Assembly: GCA_030655095.1 (NCBI GenBank)
Contig: JAURWF010000032.1
Coordinates: 1-48,776, forward strand
DNA: 48,776 nucleotides
Direction: 5' to 3'
Origin: a bacterium
GTDB lineage: Bacteria > Patescibacteriota > Patescibacteriia > Patescibacteriales > GWC2-42-12
Shown here one piece after another: positions 8,744 to 16,457 of this stretch (the first letter of the stretch is position 1; every line of letters starts with the position of its first letter). The position numbers were made by a program, and so were the translations under genes. A model generated the notes under the pieces. It did no database searches, had not been told where the DNA came from, and saw only the letters and a list, made by a program, of their open reading frames with translations.

Positions 8744-10252
8744 ATGAATAGAAAAATTAACTTGCTTGACATTGAATCACAATCAGAAACAAACGAACAT
8801 CACAATTCTTTAACAAAAAAACATTTAAAAGCAAAAAAAAATAAAACTTTTAGTATTTTATTTTATATTTTTATATTCTTTTTAATAACTGGTTTCTGCT
8901 TTTTTTTAAAAACTAATCATGCGAATCAATCATTAACATCATCCACGTGGATAGATAAACTACCGATATTCAGTAATATCAAACAACTAGCTGAAAGCGC
9001 TACAAATAAACTTAAAGGAGATGATCGTGGAAGAATTAATATTCTATTTTTAGGAATGGGTGGCAAAAATCATGATGGCGGTTATTTAACTGATACTATT
9101 ATGCTTGCCAGCTTTGAACCTTCAACTAAAAAAGTAGCATTTATTTCTATTCCGCGCGATATGGCAGTGCCAATAGAAAATATTGGCTGGAGAAAAATAA
9201 ATAGCGTCAATGCTCTTGCCGAAGCCAATGAACAAAATAGCGGCGGATTAGCAATCAGTCAAGCCGTAAGCGACATTTTAAACATTCCTATTGATTATTA
9301 TATAAGAGTTGATTTTACAGGATTCGCAAAAATAATTGACGAACTAGGCGGTGTCAATATTTATGTTGATAACACATTTGATGATTATAGATATCCAATT
9401 TTAGGAAATGCGTCAGCTCCATGGGAAGAGCGTTATCAACATTTACATCTTGATCAGGGCTGGCAAAATATGGATGGTTCATTAGCTCTAAAATATGCTC
9501 GTTCACGCCATGCTTTTGGCGTAGAAGGTTCTGATTTTGCTCGCGCCCGTCGTCAACAAAAAATACTTAAAGCAGCTAAAGATAAAATCGGTTCATTTGA
9601 CACATTGCTCAATCCAATTAAAATAAGTGGTCTAATAAATCAAGTACAAAATAATCTAGACACTAATCTAAAGATCTGGGAAATGCTCCAATTATGGAAT
9701 ACTTTTAAAGACATAAAAGAAGAACAAATAATTACTAAAGTTCTTGATAATGGTCCTAACGGATTATTAACAAACACTACGGGCGAAGATGGCGCCTATA
9801 TCCTACTACCACGCGGAGGCGATTTTTCAGAAATTCAATATTTAATAAATAATGTCTTTACTGATGTTCCTGCCGAAGATAAAACAAAGGTTAATATGGA
9901 AAAAGCCAGCATTGAAATACGAAATGGTACATGGATAAATGGTTTAGCCAGCAAAGTCTCTATGGATTTAGAAAAATACGGCTTTGATATTATTCGCGTA
10001 GGCAACTCTAGTCAACAAAATTTCCAAAAATCAGTTATTTACGACTTAACTTATGGCGCCAAAGTTGAATCACTTACTGTTTTAAAAGATAAAACGAGCG
10101 CTAATGTTTCTTTAGGCTTGCCTCAATGGCTTCAAAATGATTTAGCCAAAGAACTAGCTGAAAAACAACATCCAATCCAACCTGATTTCATCTTAGTACT
10201 AGGCACTGACGCAGACGCTAGTCAATCAGGATTAAAAAATAATAATAATTAG
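8744..10252 (+). CDS. LytR-CpsA-Psr (LCP) family cell-envelope phosphotransferase with C-terminal LytR_C-like domain
   Basis: 502 aa. N-terminal TM. LCP core INILFLGMGGKNHDGGYLTDTIMLASFEP...ISIPRDM...LKYARSRH...DFARARRQQ. Confidence 0.85.
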   Translation: MNRKINLLDIESQSETNEHHNSLTKKHLKAKKNKTFSILFYIFIFFLITGFCFFLKTNHANQSLTSSTWIDKLPIFSNIKQLAESATNKLKGDDRGRINILFLGMGGKNHDGGYLTDTIMLASFEPSTKKVAFISIPRDMAVPIENIGWRKINSVNALAEANEQNSGGLAISQAVSDILNIPIDYYIRVDFTGFAKIIDELGGVNIYVDNTFDDYRYPILGNASAPWEERYQHLHLDQGWQNMDGSLALKYARSRHAFGVEGSDFARARRQQKILKAAKDKIGSFDTLLNPIKISGLINQVQNNLDTNLKIWEMLQLWNTFKDIKEEQIITKVLDNGPNGLLTNTTGEDGAYILLPRGGDFSEIQYLINNVFTDVPAEDKTKVNMEKASIEIRNGTWINGLASKVSMDLEKYGFDIIRVGNSSQQNFQKSVIYDLTYGAKVESLTVLKDKTSANVSLGLPQWLQNDLAKELAEKQHPIQPDFILVLGTDADASQSGLKNNNN

Positions 10253-10334
10253 GCTTTAAATTTTAGCTACAATGTGCTAAACAATTCAAGTACAGAAAGA
10301 CTTTAACTTTTTATAAAACCAAAAACCCAAATTT

Positions 10335-11837
10335 ATGAACTATAAAAAAAATAATAATATCCCACTTGTTGTGATATTCGGTCGCGCTAATGTTGGCAAG
10401 TCAACATTATTTAATACATTAATAGAAAAAAAACAAGCATTAGTAACTGATATTCCTGGAACAACGCGCGACAGCAACCTTGGTATTGTAGAATGGCAAC
10501 GTCAAGAATTTAATTTAGTTGACACAGGAGGTATTCTTGACATTAAATGTTTAACTAGCAAATCAGCTAAAACTGATGACATAGAAACTAAAGTGCAACT
10601 ACAGGCGCGTCAATATTTAGCTCAAGCTGATTTAATTTTATTTTTAATAGACAATAAAAGCGGTTTACTATTTCAAGATAAACAATTAGCTCTTTTTTTG
10701 AAAAAAAATGTTGATCAAAATAAAATTCTTTTAGTGGCTAATAAAGTGGACAATCCTAATCAACAATTCAAAACAGCAGAATTTTTTAAACTAGGGCTAG
10801 GACAACCACACGCAATATCTGCTTCTAGTGGCAGTGGAACAGGAGATTTGTTAGATATTATAACTGATAAACTTAGCCAAGCTGGATTAAGCAATACAAC
10901 AAAAGAAGAAGAGAAAGAAGAAGAAGAGGAGGAATATGATGATGATGCGAAAAAAGAGACAGACACAGAAGAAGAAGAGAAAGAAGAAAAAAAAGAAACA
11001 AAAAAAGATATTATTAAAATTTGCATTATTGGTAAGCCAAATGTTGGTAAATCTAGTTTATTAAATTCCATTTTAGGCTATGAACGAGTAATTGTAAGCC
11101 CAATCCCTCACACAACACGCGAACCGCAAGATACAGAAATTATTTATCAAGACAAAAAAATAAAATTAATTGACACTGCAGGAATTAGCAAAAGAGGCAC
11201 AAAAACCAAAGGACTAGAAAAATATGGAATAGAAAAATCTTTAGGAATTTTAGGCAAAGTAGATATTGCCTTATTAGTTTTGGATATAAATGAAGAAATC
11301 ACTCGTCAAGATTCAAAAATAGTTGCAGAAATATTAGACAGGAGAAAAAGTTTAATTTTTATTGCTAATAAATGGGACAAAATAGAAGATAGGGATAGCA
11401 AAAAATATATTGAATATATTTACACCAATCTACCTTTTGCTCAATTTGTACCAATTCAATTTACTTCGGCTTTAACAGGCGAAAAAGTTCAAAAAGTTTT
11501 GGATGTAATCTTACAAATTGCTGAAGAAAGAAAATTATTATTAAGCGATTCACAATTAGATAAATTTTTAGCTCGCATTGTTAAAATTCATAAACCAGCT
11601 AAAGGCAAAGGAGTAAAACATCCTCGCATTTATGAATTAACACAATTTTCTGCTAATCCTCCAAAATTTGAATTACGAATTGGTATTAAAGATAATTTAC
11701 ATTTTTCTTATGTAAGATTTATAGAAAATAGATTACGAGAAAAATTCGGCTTCAGCGGAACCCCAATATCTATAAAAATAAATAAAGGAAGGGAAGAGTC
11801 TATAAAGTCTGTAAAGTCCGTAAAGTCTAAAGTCTAA
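10335..11837 (+). CDS. der: Ribosome-associated GTPase Der/EngA (two G domains + KH-like domain)
   Basis: G1 motifs GRANVGKST and GKPNVGKSS; DTGG/DTAG; NKVD/NKWD. A 37-aa acidic linker lies at aa 189-225. The last ~10 codons (SIKSVKSVKSKV) read into the taaagtc microsatellite. Confidence 0.92.
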   Translation: MNYKKNNNIPLVVIFGRANVGKSTLFNTLIEKKQALVTDIPGTTRDSNLGIVEWQRQEFNLVDTGGILDIKCLTSKSAKTDDIETKVQLQARQYLAQADLILFLIDNKSGLLFQDKQLALFLKKNVDQNKILLVANKVDNPNQQFKTAEFFKLGLGQPHAISASSGSGTGDLLDIITDKLSQAGLSNTTKEEEKEEEEEEYDDDAKKETDTEEEEKEEKKETKKDIIKICIIGKPNVGKSSLLNSILGYERVIVSPIPHTTREPQDTEIIYQDKKIKLIDTAGISKRGTKTKGLEKYGIEKSLGILGKVDIALLVLDINEEITRQDSKIVAEILDRRKSLIFIANKWDKIEDRDSKKYIEYIYTNLPFAQFVPIQFTSALTGEKVQKVLDVILQIAEERKLLLSDSQLDKFLARIVKIHKPAKGKGVKHPRIYELTQFSANPPKFELRIGIKDNLHFSYVRFIENRLREKFGFSGTPISIKINKGREESIKSVKSVKSKV

Positions 11838-11898
11838 AGTCTAAAGTCTGTAAAGTCCGTAAAGTCTAAAGTCTAAAGTCTAAAGTCTGTAAAGTCTA
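11801..11898. repeat. taaagtc(t/c)(g) microsatellite, about 12 units
   Basis: tataaagtctgtaaagtccgtaaagtctaaagtctaaagtctaaagtctgtaaagtccgtaaagtctaaagtctaaagtctaaagtctgtaaagtcta. Confidence 0.9.
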
Positions 11899-12024
11899 TT
11901 TCAAAGTTTCATTGTTTTTAAAAAACATTTCTCCCTTTTGTCATCTTGAACCCGCGCATTTGGCGGGTGAAAGATCTATAATACTTGATACTTCCACATA
12001 ATTTATTTTTTACGCTTATTAGGT

Positions 12025-12164
12025 CTATTGTTGCGAAGAGCCTGCAATCAGACGAACGCGGATCCTTCGCTTTACTCGGGACAGGCTCCGCAGTCTCTGA
12101 TTAAGAGACGCGTCCATTAATTTTTACCGAAGATTGCTTCGCACGATTACGTGACTCGCAATAG
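12025..12164. repeat. Palindromic GC-richer element, family 3 (...attgcga... / ...tcgcaat...), nested in the MITE-like element
   Basis: ctattgttgcgaagagcctgcaatcagacgaacgcg ... tctctgattaagagacgcg ... gattgcttcgcacgattacgtgactcgcaatag. Homologous to 23348-23457 (shared tctctgattaagagac core) and 33511-33605. Confidence 0.75.
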
Positions 12165-12268
12165 CAATGGCAATACAAATTACAAATTTATTAAAGCGCG
12201 GAATTGATATTACTTTTCTAATTTAATTAGCTTGGCAAAATAACAATCTATCATAGATCTCTCACCCC

Positions 12269-12384
12269 GATTACGGGGTTCGAGATGACAAAAGAGAGAT
12301 TACGAGGTTCGAGATGACAAAAGGGAGATTACATGATTCGAAATGACAAAAGGGAGATTACGAGGTTCGAGATGACAAAAGGGA
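12269..12384. repeat. 29-bp x4 tandem repeat inside the right TIR
   Basis: Unit gattacgaggttcgagatgacaaaaggga at 12269, 12298, 12327 and 12356. Copies 2 and 4 are identical. Confidence 0.9.
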
Positions 12385-12503
12385 GAAATGTTTTTTAAAA
12401 ATAATTAAGATTGAGAATAGAATTCAAGAAGTCCGTAAAGTCTAAAGTTATTGCTAGAAGATTTATGATTAAAGTGATGTGGCAATCTCTTTAAATTAAA
12501 AAT

Positions 12504-13055
12504 ATGTTTAAAATAATTGTTGGATTGGGCAATCCAGGCGAACAATACAAAACGACCCGCCACAATGCGGGTTTTATGGCAATAGACGCTTTAGCAAAAC
12601 GTCTTGATTTAGTATGGGAAAATAGCAAAAAATTTTCTTCCGAAATAGCAAAAAATAATGAAGTAATTTTAGTTAAGCCCCTTGCTTATATGAATAATTC
12701 AGGACAAGCGGTCCAGGCAGTTTTAAATTTTTATAAATTATTGCCAAAAAAAAATTTTTTATTTAAAACAACAAATTCTGATTTATCGCAAATTTTAACT
12801 GTTATTCACGATGATTTAGATATTGATTTTAATAAATATAAAATTTCCATTGATTCACGTAGTGCAGGACACAATGGAGTTGAGTCTATTATTAATTATT
12901 TAAAAACTAAAAATTTTAAAAGAATTAGAATTGGAATTAAAAATTCCACATTAACAAAAATTCCAACAGAAAAATTTGTCTTACAAAATTTTAATCAAGA
13001 AGAGTTAGTCAGCTTGGATAAATTAATAGGCGAAATAACAAATAATTTTACTTAA
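12504..13055 (+). CDS. pth: Peptidyl-tRNA hydrolase
   Basis: 183 aa. IVGLGNPGEQYKTTRHNAGF, YMNNSGQAV and AGHNGV motifs. Confidence 0.92.
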   Translation: MFKIIVGLGNPGEQYKTTRHNAGFMAIDALAKRLDLVWENSKKFSSEIAKNNEVILVKPLAYMNNSGQAVQAVLNFYKLLPKKNFLFKTTNSDLSQILTVIHDDLDIDFNKYKISIDSRSAGHNGVESIINYLKTKNFKRIRIGIKNSTLTKIPTEKFVLQNFNQEELVSLDKLIGEITNNFT

Positions 13056-13102
13056 ACAAACAATTTGAAAATTAACTTAAGCCAAAAATTACTTTTTGTG
13101 GT

Positions 13103-13152
13103 AAAAAAAATAAGAGAGGTGCGATCTATATTATATCGCAAAGCCCTCTCTT
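13103..13152 (-). terminator. Rho-independent terminator of the small minus-strand operon
   Basis: Minus strand reads aagagagggctttgcgatataatatagatcgcacctctctta followed by tttttttt. Outer stem aagagagg/cctctctt, inner stem gcgat/atcgc. It lies 25 nt after the stop at 13176. Confidence 0.7.
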
Positions 13153-13175
13153 TATATGACCCATTCGCTTCATAT

Positions 13176-13379
13176 TCACATAGCTTCAGATGCTCTGTCT
13201 CTTGCCCACTTGATACACCCGTCGCAACAACGAGTGAACGAATTATTATTCTCCTTGCGGTTTGGCTTGAGACCAAAACGCTCTCCCACAAAAAACAACA
13301 AGCCAGAAAGAACCCCATCTTCAAAAAAATCTTTTAAGCTTGTCTTTATCTCATGGATGGTGTTTTGTCTTCTCTCCAT
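13176..13379 (-). CDS. Hypothetical 67-aa protein (third gene of small operon)
   Basis: Its ATG overlaps the upstream stop (TAATG at 13377-13381). It ends just before the terminator. No recognisable family. Confidence 0.5.
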   Translation of the reverse strand: MERRQNTIHEIKTSLKDFFEDGVLSGLLFFVGERFGLKPNRKENNNSFTRCCDGCIKWARDRASEAM

Positions 13380-13603
13380 TACAAAAAAACTTTGTGATTT
13401 TTTAAGTCTCTTCCTAATAAGAAAAGACTATGTTCTATCGACAAAACTATTTCTTTGTAGCACTTGCGGACTACACCGTCCGCACTAATAAAATATGTCA
13501 TATCGTAACCGTCTACTGGCGATGCATAAAGCACCGCATACTCTAATTTCCTGTTTCCCATCGCCGACCTTATTTTTAATTCCAAGATACGTTCTTTTAA
13601 CAT
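13379..13603 (-). CDS. Hypothetical 74-aa protein (second gene of small operon)
   Basis: Strong SD AGGAGGG (complement of 13611-17), 7 nt before the ATG. No recognisable family. Confidence 0.55.
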   Translation of the reverse strand: MLKERILELKIRSAMGNRKLEYAVLYASPVDGYDMTYFISADGVVRKCYKEIVLSIEHSLFLLGRDLKNHKVFL

Positions 13604-13626
13604 GATGATACCCTCCTACTTTTTAT

Positions 13627-13734
13627 TCAAACTCTCACTTCTTTTTTTTCGTCAATTACCCCTAACTGATAACCGACAATCCCTGCCACCACAGCCAATA
13701 GCCAAGGAGCAAAGACATTAATTAAATCTCCCAT
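13627..13734 (-). CDS. 35-aa single-TM peptide (not in ORF track)
   Basis: Hand translation gives MGDLINVFAPWLLAVVAGIVGYQLGVIDEKKEVRV, ending in TGA. SD AAGGAGGT lies 6-7 nt upstream (complement of 13742-13749). Confidence 0.5.
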   Translation of the reverse strand: MGDLINVFAPWLLAVVAGIVGYQLGVIDEKKEVRV

Positions 13735-13740
13735 TTCATT

Positions 13741-13880
13741 TACCTCCTTTTTTTACTTGAATAATCTACAAAATTTCACCTAAGAGCCAGAGACTTGCCC
13801 CATTTGAGGTTCCGGCCAAAACCAGGAGGAGGTTTTAGTTTTCACCACTCCTAGGCAAAATTTTGTAGATTATTTTTTTA
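13741..13880 (-). promoter_or_regulatory. Highly structured ~140-nt 5' leader / possible ncRNA with an anti-SD loop
   Basis: Perfect 17-bp closing stem, 13760-13776 with 13858-13874 (aataatctacaaaattt / aaattttgtagattatt). An inner hairpin aaaacc-UCCUCCU-ggtttt (13817-13836) presents CCUCCU, which is complementary to the downstream GGAGG SD. Confidence 0.5.
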
Positions 13881-13910
13881 ATTTTCAAAGAACTTTTTGC
13901 TTAATAGAAC

Positions 13911-13939
13911 AGTATGACACACCTTTATATCCCTGTCAA
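13911..13939 (-). promoter_or_regulatory. Sigma70-like promoter for the small operon
   Basis: Minus strand reads TTGACA (13934-13939), 17-nt spacer, CATACT (13911-13916). Confidence 0.4.
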
Positions 13940-13990
13940 GCATTTTTAATATTTAATCGTAGAGGGTATAATGTATAATGTGATTTTATC

Positions 13991-14250
13991 GTTGTTTAAT
14001 GACAGGGCGGGGGCAAGCCCCGCCCCTACGGTGAAATTATTATAAACGATCCCTGAAATTATTATTATAAACGATCCCTGAAATAAAATATAAATTCCGG
14101 TAGGGGCGCCCGTATTTTTAAAATGTAAATAAAAATAACAAATTCCGGTAGGGGCGCCCCTTGCGGGCGCCCAATTCTTGGCAGGATGATTATTTAAATA
14201 ACATTGTTTGATGACAGGGCGGGGGCAAGCCCCGCCCCTACGGTGAAATA
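13991..14250. repeat. Cluster of GC-rich hairpins with nested direct repeats, family 4
   Basis: A 45-bp direct repeat ttgttt[a/g]atgacagggcgggggcaagccccgcccctacggtgaaat occurs at 13991 and 14205. Between the copies lie tattataaacgatccctgaaat x2 and aaattccggtaggggcgccc x2, the second extended to hairpin ggggcgcccc-ttgc-gggcgccc. Confidence 0.85.
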
Positions 14251-14254
14251 AAAA

Positions 14255-14316
14255 CTATTGCAAATTTAATTTGCAATAGTTTTTATGAACAAATAAATTA
14301 TTATTTTATAAACTCT
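14255..14316. terminator. Bidirectional terminator palindrome (copy A of a 61-bp duplication)
   Basis: aaaaa-ctattgcaaatttaatttgcaatag-ttttt. About 90% identical over ~61 bp to 15077-15137. Confidence 0.65.
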
Positions 14317-14331
14317 AAAAATAATTTATTA

Positions 14332-14691
14332 TTAGCTAATAATTCTAATTTTATTTTTACCAATAATAGCAAGACGATTTTTGAGTCCACCACTATTTTC
14401 CATAGCATTAAGAAAATTAATAATAGCAATAATAATTTCGTCTTTATTAAATTGCCCAACTAAAATAATAATTATTCCAAAACAACGAGAAATATTAAAA
14501 CGAAAAATATCACCAAAACCACGATCAAAAGTCAAAAGAATTCTTTTGCTTTGACAAGCAAAATTAAAAACACAATCATCATTAGCTTTAGCTAAGTTTG
14601 CTTCTCGGACAGTTAAAACATCAAATCCACTTTTTCTAAGAGCAATTACAACATCTCCGTGTATACATTCATCAATAAAAAATTTAATCAT
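14332..14691 (-). CDS. DUF5615 (PIN-like / Mut7-C-like) putative toxin
   Basis: 119 aa. MIKFFIDECI...GFDV...ANDDCVFNFACQSKRILLTFDRGFGD matches the DUF5615 pattern. Sits immediately downstream of a DUF433 gene. Confidence 0.75.
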   Translation of the reverse strand: MIKFFIDECIHGDVVIALRKSGFDVLTVREANLAKANDDCVFNFACQSKRILLTFDRGFGDIFRFNISRCFGIIIILVGQFNKDEIIIAIINFLNAMENSGGLKNRLAIIGKNKIRIIS

Positions 14692-14697
14692 AAAAAT

Positions 14698-14946
14698 TTA
14701 GCAAGATTTAATCTCCAATACTTCTTCTTTACCAAGAACACTAGCTGCATAATTAAGAGCGACTCTTGCTTTAGCCGTAGTAATCCCAGGATATTGAGTA
14801 GGAATATCTTTAATAACATATCCCATTTGTAAAAGCTGAAGAATATCAGTAATAGCAACTCGCGTTCCTTTAATACAAGGCTTTCCAAAACGAACGTCCT
14901 GTTTAACAGCAATACCTTTAGGAAAATTAATTTTAGCAATTTTCAT
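14698..14946 (-). CDS. DUF433 putative antitoxin
   Basis: 82 aa. DVRFGKPCIKGTRVAITDILQLLQMGYVIKDIPTQYPGITTAKARVALNYA is the DUF433 signature. Confidence 0.8.
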   Translation of the reverse strand: MKIAKINFPKGIAVKQDVRFGKPCIKGTRVAITDILQLLQMGYVIKDIPTQYPGITTAKARVALNYAASVLGKEEVLEIKSC

Positions 14947-15076
14947 AGAAATAAATTTAATAATAATTATAATTATAATAGCAATAAAAATAAAATTTCG
15001 TCAAATTATGTATCGAATATGGTGTTCGGCGACAGACCCTCAAATATTCAAAAATAAACTCCTAAAACAAAAAAAC

Positions 15077-15137
15077 CATTGCAAATTTAATTTGCAATAG
15101 TTTTAACGAACAAATAAATTACTATTTTATTAAATCT
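15077..15137. terminator. Bidirectional terminator palindrome after clpP (copy B of the duplication)
   Basis: aaaaa-ccattgcaaatttaatttgcaatag-tttt, then aacgaacaaataaattactattttat as in copy A. Confidence 0.65.
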
Positions 15138-15161
15138 ATCGCCAACAACAACAAACTCTTA

Positions 15162-15743
15162 TTATCCTTTAAAAATTACCTTATCAATTATGCCATATTT
15201 TACTGCTTCCTCTGCAGACATAAAATAATCACGATCAGTGTCTTTCTCAATTGTACTAATTGGTTGACCTGTATGTTTTGCTAAAATTTTATTTAATTTT
15301 TCTCTTGTTCTTAAAATATGTTCGGAATGAATTTTAATATCAGATGCTTGACCTTCAAAACCACCCATAACTTGATGAATTAAAATTTCAGAATTAGGCA
15401 AAGAAAAACGCTTTCCTTTTGCGCCTGCAGACAAAAGCACAGCTCCCATTGAAGCTGCTAAGCCAACGCAAATAGTTGAGATATCAGATTTAACATATTG
15501 CATAGTATCATAAATTGCCATCCCTGCTGTGACTGACCCGCCAGGAGTATTAATATAAAATCTAATGTCTTTATTTTTTTCTTCTGCATCCAAAAATAAA
15601 AGTTGAGCAATTATAATATTTGCCACATGATCGCTTACTGGTTCGCCTAAAAAAATAATTCTATCTTTTAATAAACGAGAATAAATATCATAAGCTCGTT
15701 CCCCTTGCCCTGATTTTTCAATAACTGTTGGTATTAAAGTCAT
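15162..15743 (-). CDS. clpP: ATP-dependent Clp protease proteolytic subunit
   Basis: 193 aa. [45 protein letters not shown] (catalytic Ser), IHQ. Confidence 0.95.
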   Translation of the reverse strand: MTLIPTVIEKSGQGERAYDIYSRLLKDRIIFLGEPVSDHVANIIIAQLLFLDAEEKNKDIRFYINTPGGSVTAGMAIYDTMQYVKSDISTICVGLAASMGAVLLSAGAKGKRFSLPNSEILIHQVMGGFEGQASDIKIHSEHILRTREKLNKILAKHTGQPISTIEKDTDRDYFMSAEEAVKYGIIDKVIFKG

Positions 15744-15780
15744 ATAATTTTAGATTTTAGATTTTAGATTTAAAATTATG

Positions 15781-15826
15781 TTAATTCGGATACAGGCGGA
15801 TAAAAATCAACCTATATCCGAATTAA
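15781..15826 (-). terminator. 12-bp-stem hairpin downstream of ORF 15835..16242 (no clear U-tract)
   Basis: ttaattcggata (15781-92) / tatccgaattaa (15815-26). Confidence 0.35.
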
Positions 15827-15834
15827 CTAATACA

Positions 15835-16242
15835 CTATTTTTGCACTTTTTTAAGCGCTTCTTCTATTTCTTCCTGTTTTTCTAAAAGCTGTTGCTCTTT
15901 TAACATCAGCTTTTCTATTAAGCTCTCTTTTGTCTCTTGGCTCAACTTCCCCAAAAAACATGGGGTGTCAAAATAATTTTCATCACCTTCTACCGCAACC
16001 ATTTCAAGAAATCCACAAGCGAACACCGAGGGATATCCTCGTGGCACTTTATAACTGCAAGCAAAATGACAATTTCCACAGAGATCAAATACCGTTTCTT
16101 TTTTTTCAAACTTACCATCTTTAAAAATGGCTAGCATATCATCTATTTCTTTTATCGAAGAAGAAACTTTTTTCAATTTCTGTTTTGACCAAGGTTCAAC
16201 AACCTCGTCCCAAAGACCAGATTCCATAATCAACTCAATCAT
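15835..16242 (-). CDS. Hypothetical Cys-containing protein with coiled-coil tail
   Basis: 135 aa. CGNCHFAC...FACGF...TPC. SD GGGAGG lies upstream. Locally higher GC than its neighbours. Confidence 0.55.
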   Translation of the reverse strand: MIELIMESGLWDEVVEPWSKQKLKKVSSSIKEIDDMLAIFKDGKFEKKETVFDLCGNCHFACSYKVPRGYPSVFACGFLEMVAVEGDENYFDTPCFLGKLSQETKESLIEKLMLKEQQLLEKQEEIEEALKKVQK

Positions 16243-16457
16243 AAAAACCTCCCAACAATACTAAATCTTTTGCAATTTATTAAAATTGCAGTTGCGTAGC
16301 AACTTTTTGATTAAAATAAAAAAATAATTTAAACCAAAAAACTGCTACGCAATAAAAAATTATTTATAAAGAACAATTGTTTATACAAATTTGGAAAAAT
16401 ATTCCAGATTATGCTATTGTTGTATTAACTAATTAACCCTAACCTAAATTAAAAAAT

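Larger units (their letters stand above)
11915..12401. mobile_element. MITE-like non-coding element with ~60-bp terminal inverted repeats
   Basis: Left end is tttttaaaaaacatttctcccttttgtcatcttgaacccgcgcatttggcgggtgaaagatcta. Right end is tagatctctcaccccgattacggggttcgagatgacaaaag...gggagaaatgttttttaaaaa, which is its imperfect reverse complement. No ORF inside. Confidence 0.6.

Noticed and set aside
12269-12384. Possible CRISPR array
   Set aside because: The four 29-bp units are directly abutting with no spacers. No cas genes are present, and they are part of an inverted-repeat arm. The 45-bp repeats at 13991/14205 occur only twice, with other repeats between them.
13052-13324. 90-aa minus-strand ORF, plus the plus-strand ORFs 13065..13337 and 13156..13488
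   Set aside because: The 90-aa ORF reads straight through the terminator hairpin (13103-13152) and overlaps the better-supported 67-aa ORF. The plus-strand ORFs lack any start context. A frameshifted longer gene cannot be fully excluded.
13741-13880. SRP RNA or known riboswitch identity for the structured leader
   Set aside because: It contains GGCCGGAACC but lacks the conserved GGAAGCAGC-type helix-8 motif. I could not match any riboswitch consensus from memory. It is kept only as an unclassified structured leader.
14688-14939. 83-aa alternative-frame ORF over the DUF433 gene
   Set aside because: The frame 14698..14946 carries the clear DUF433 signature. The alternative frame is low-complexity Leu/Phe/Lys.
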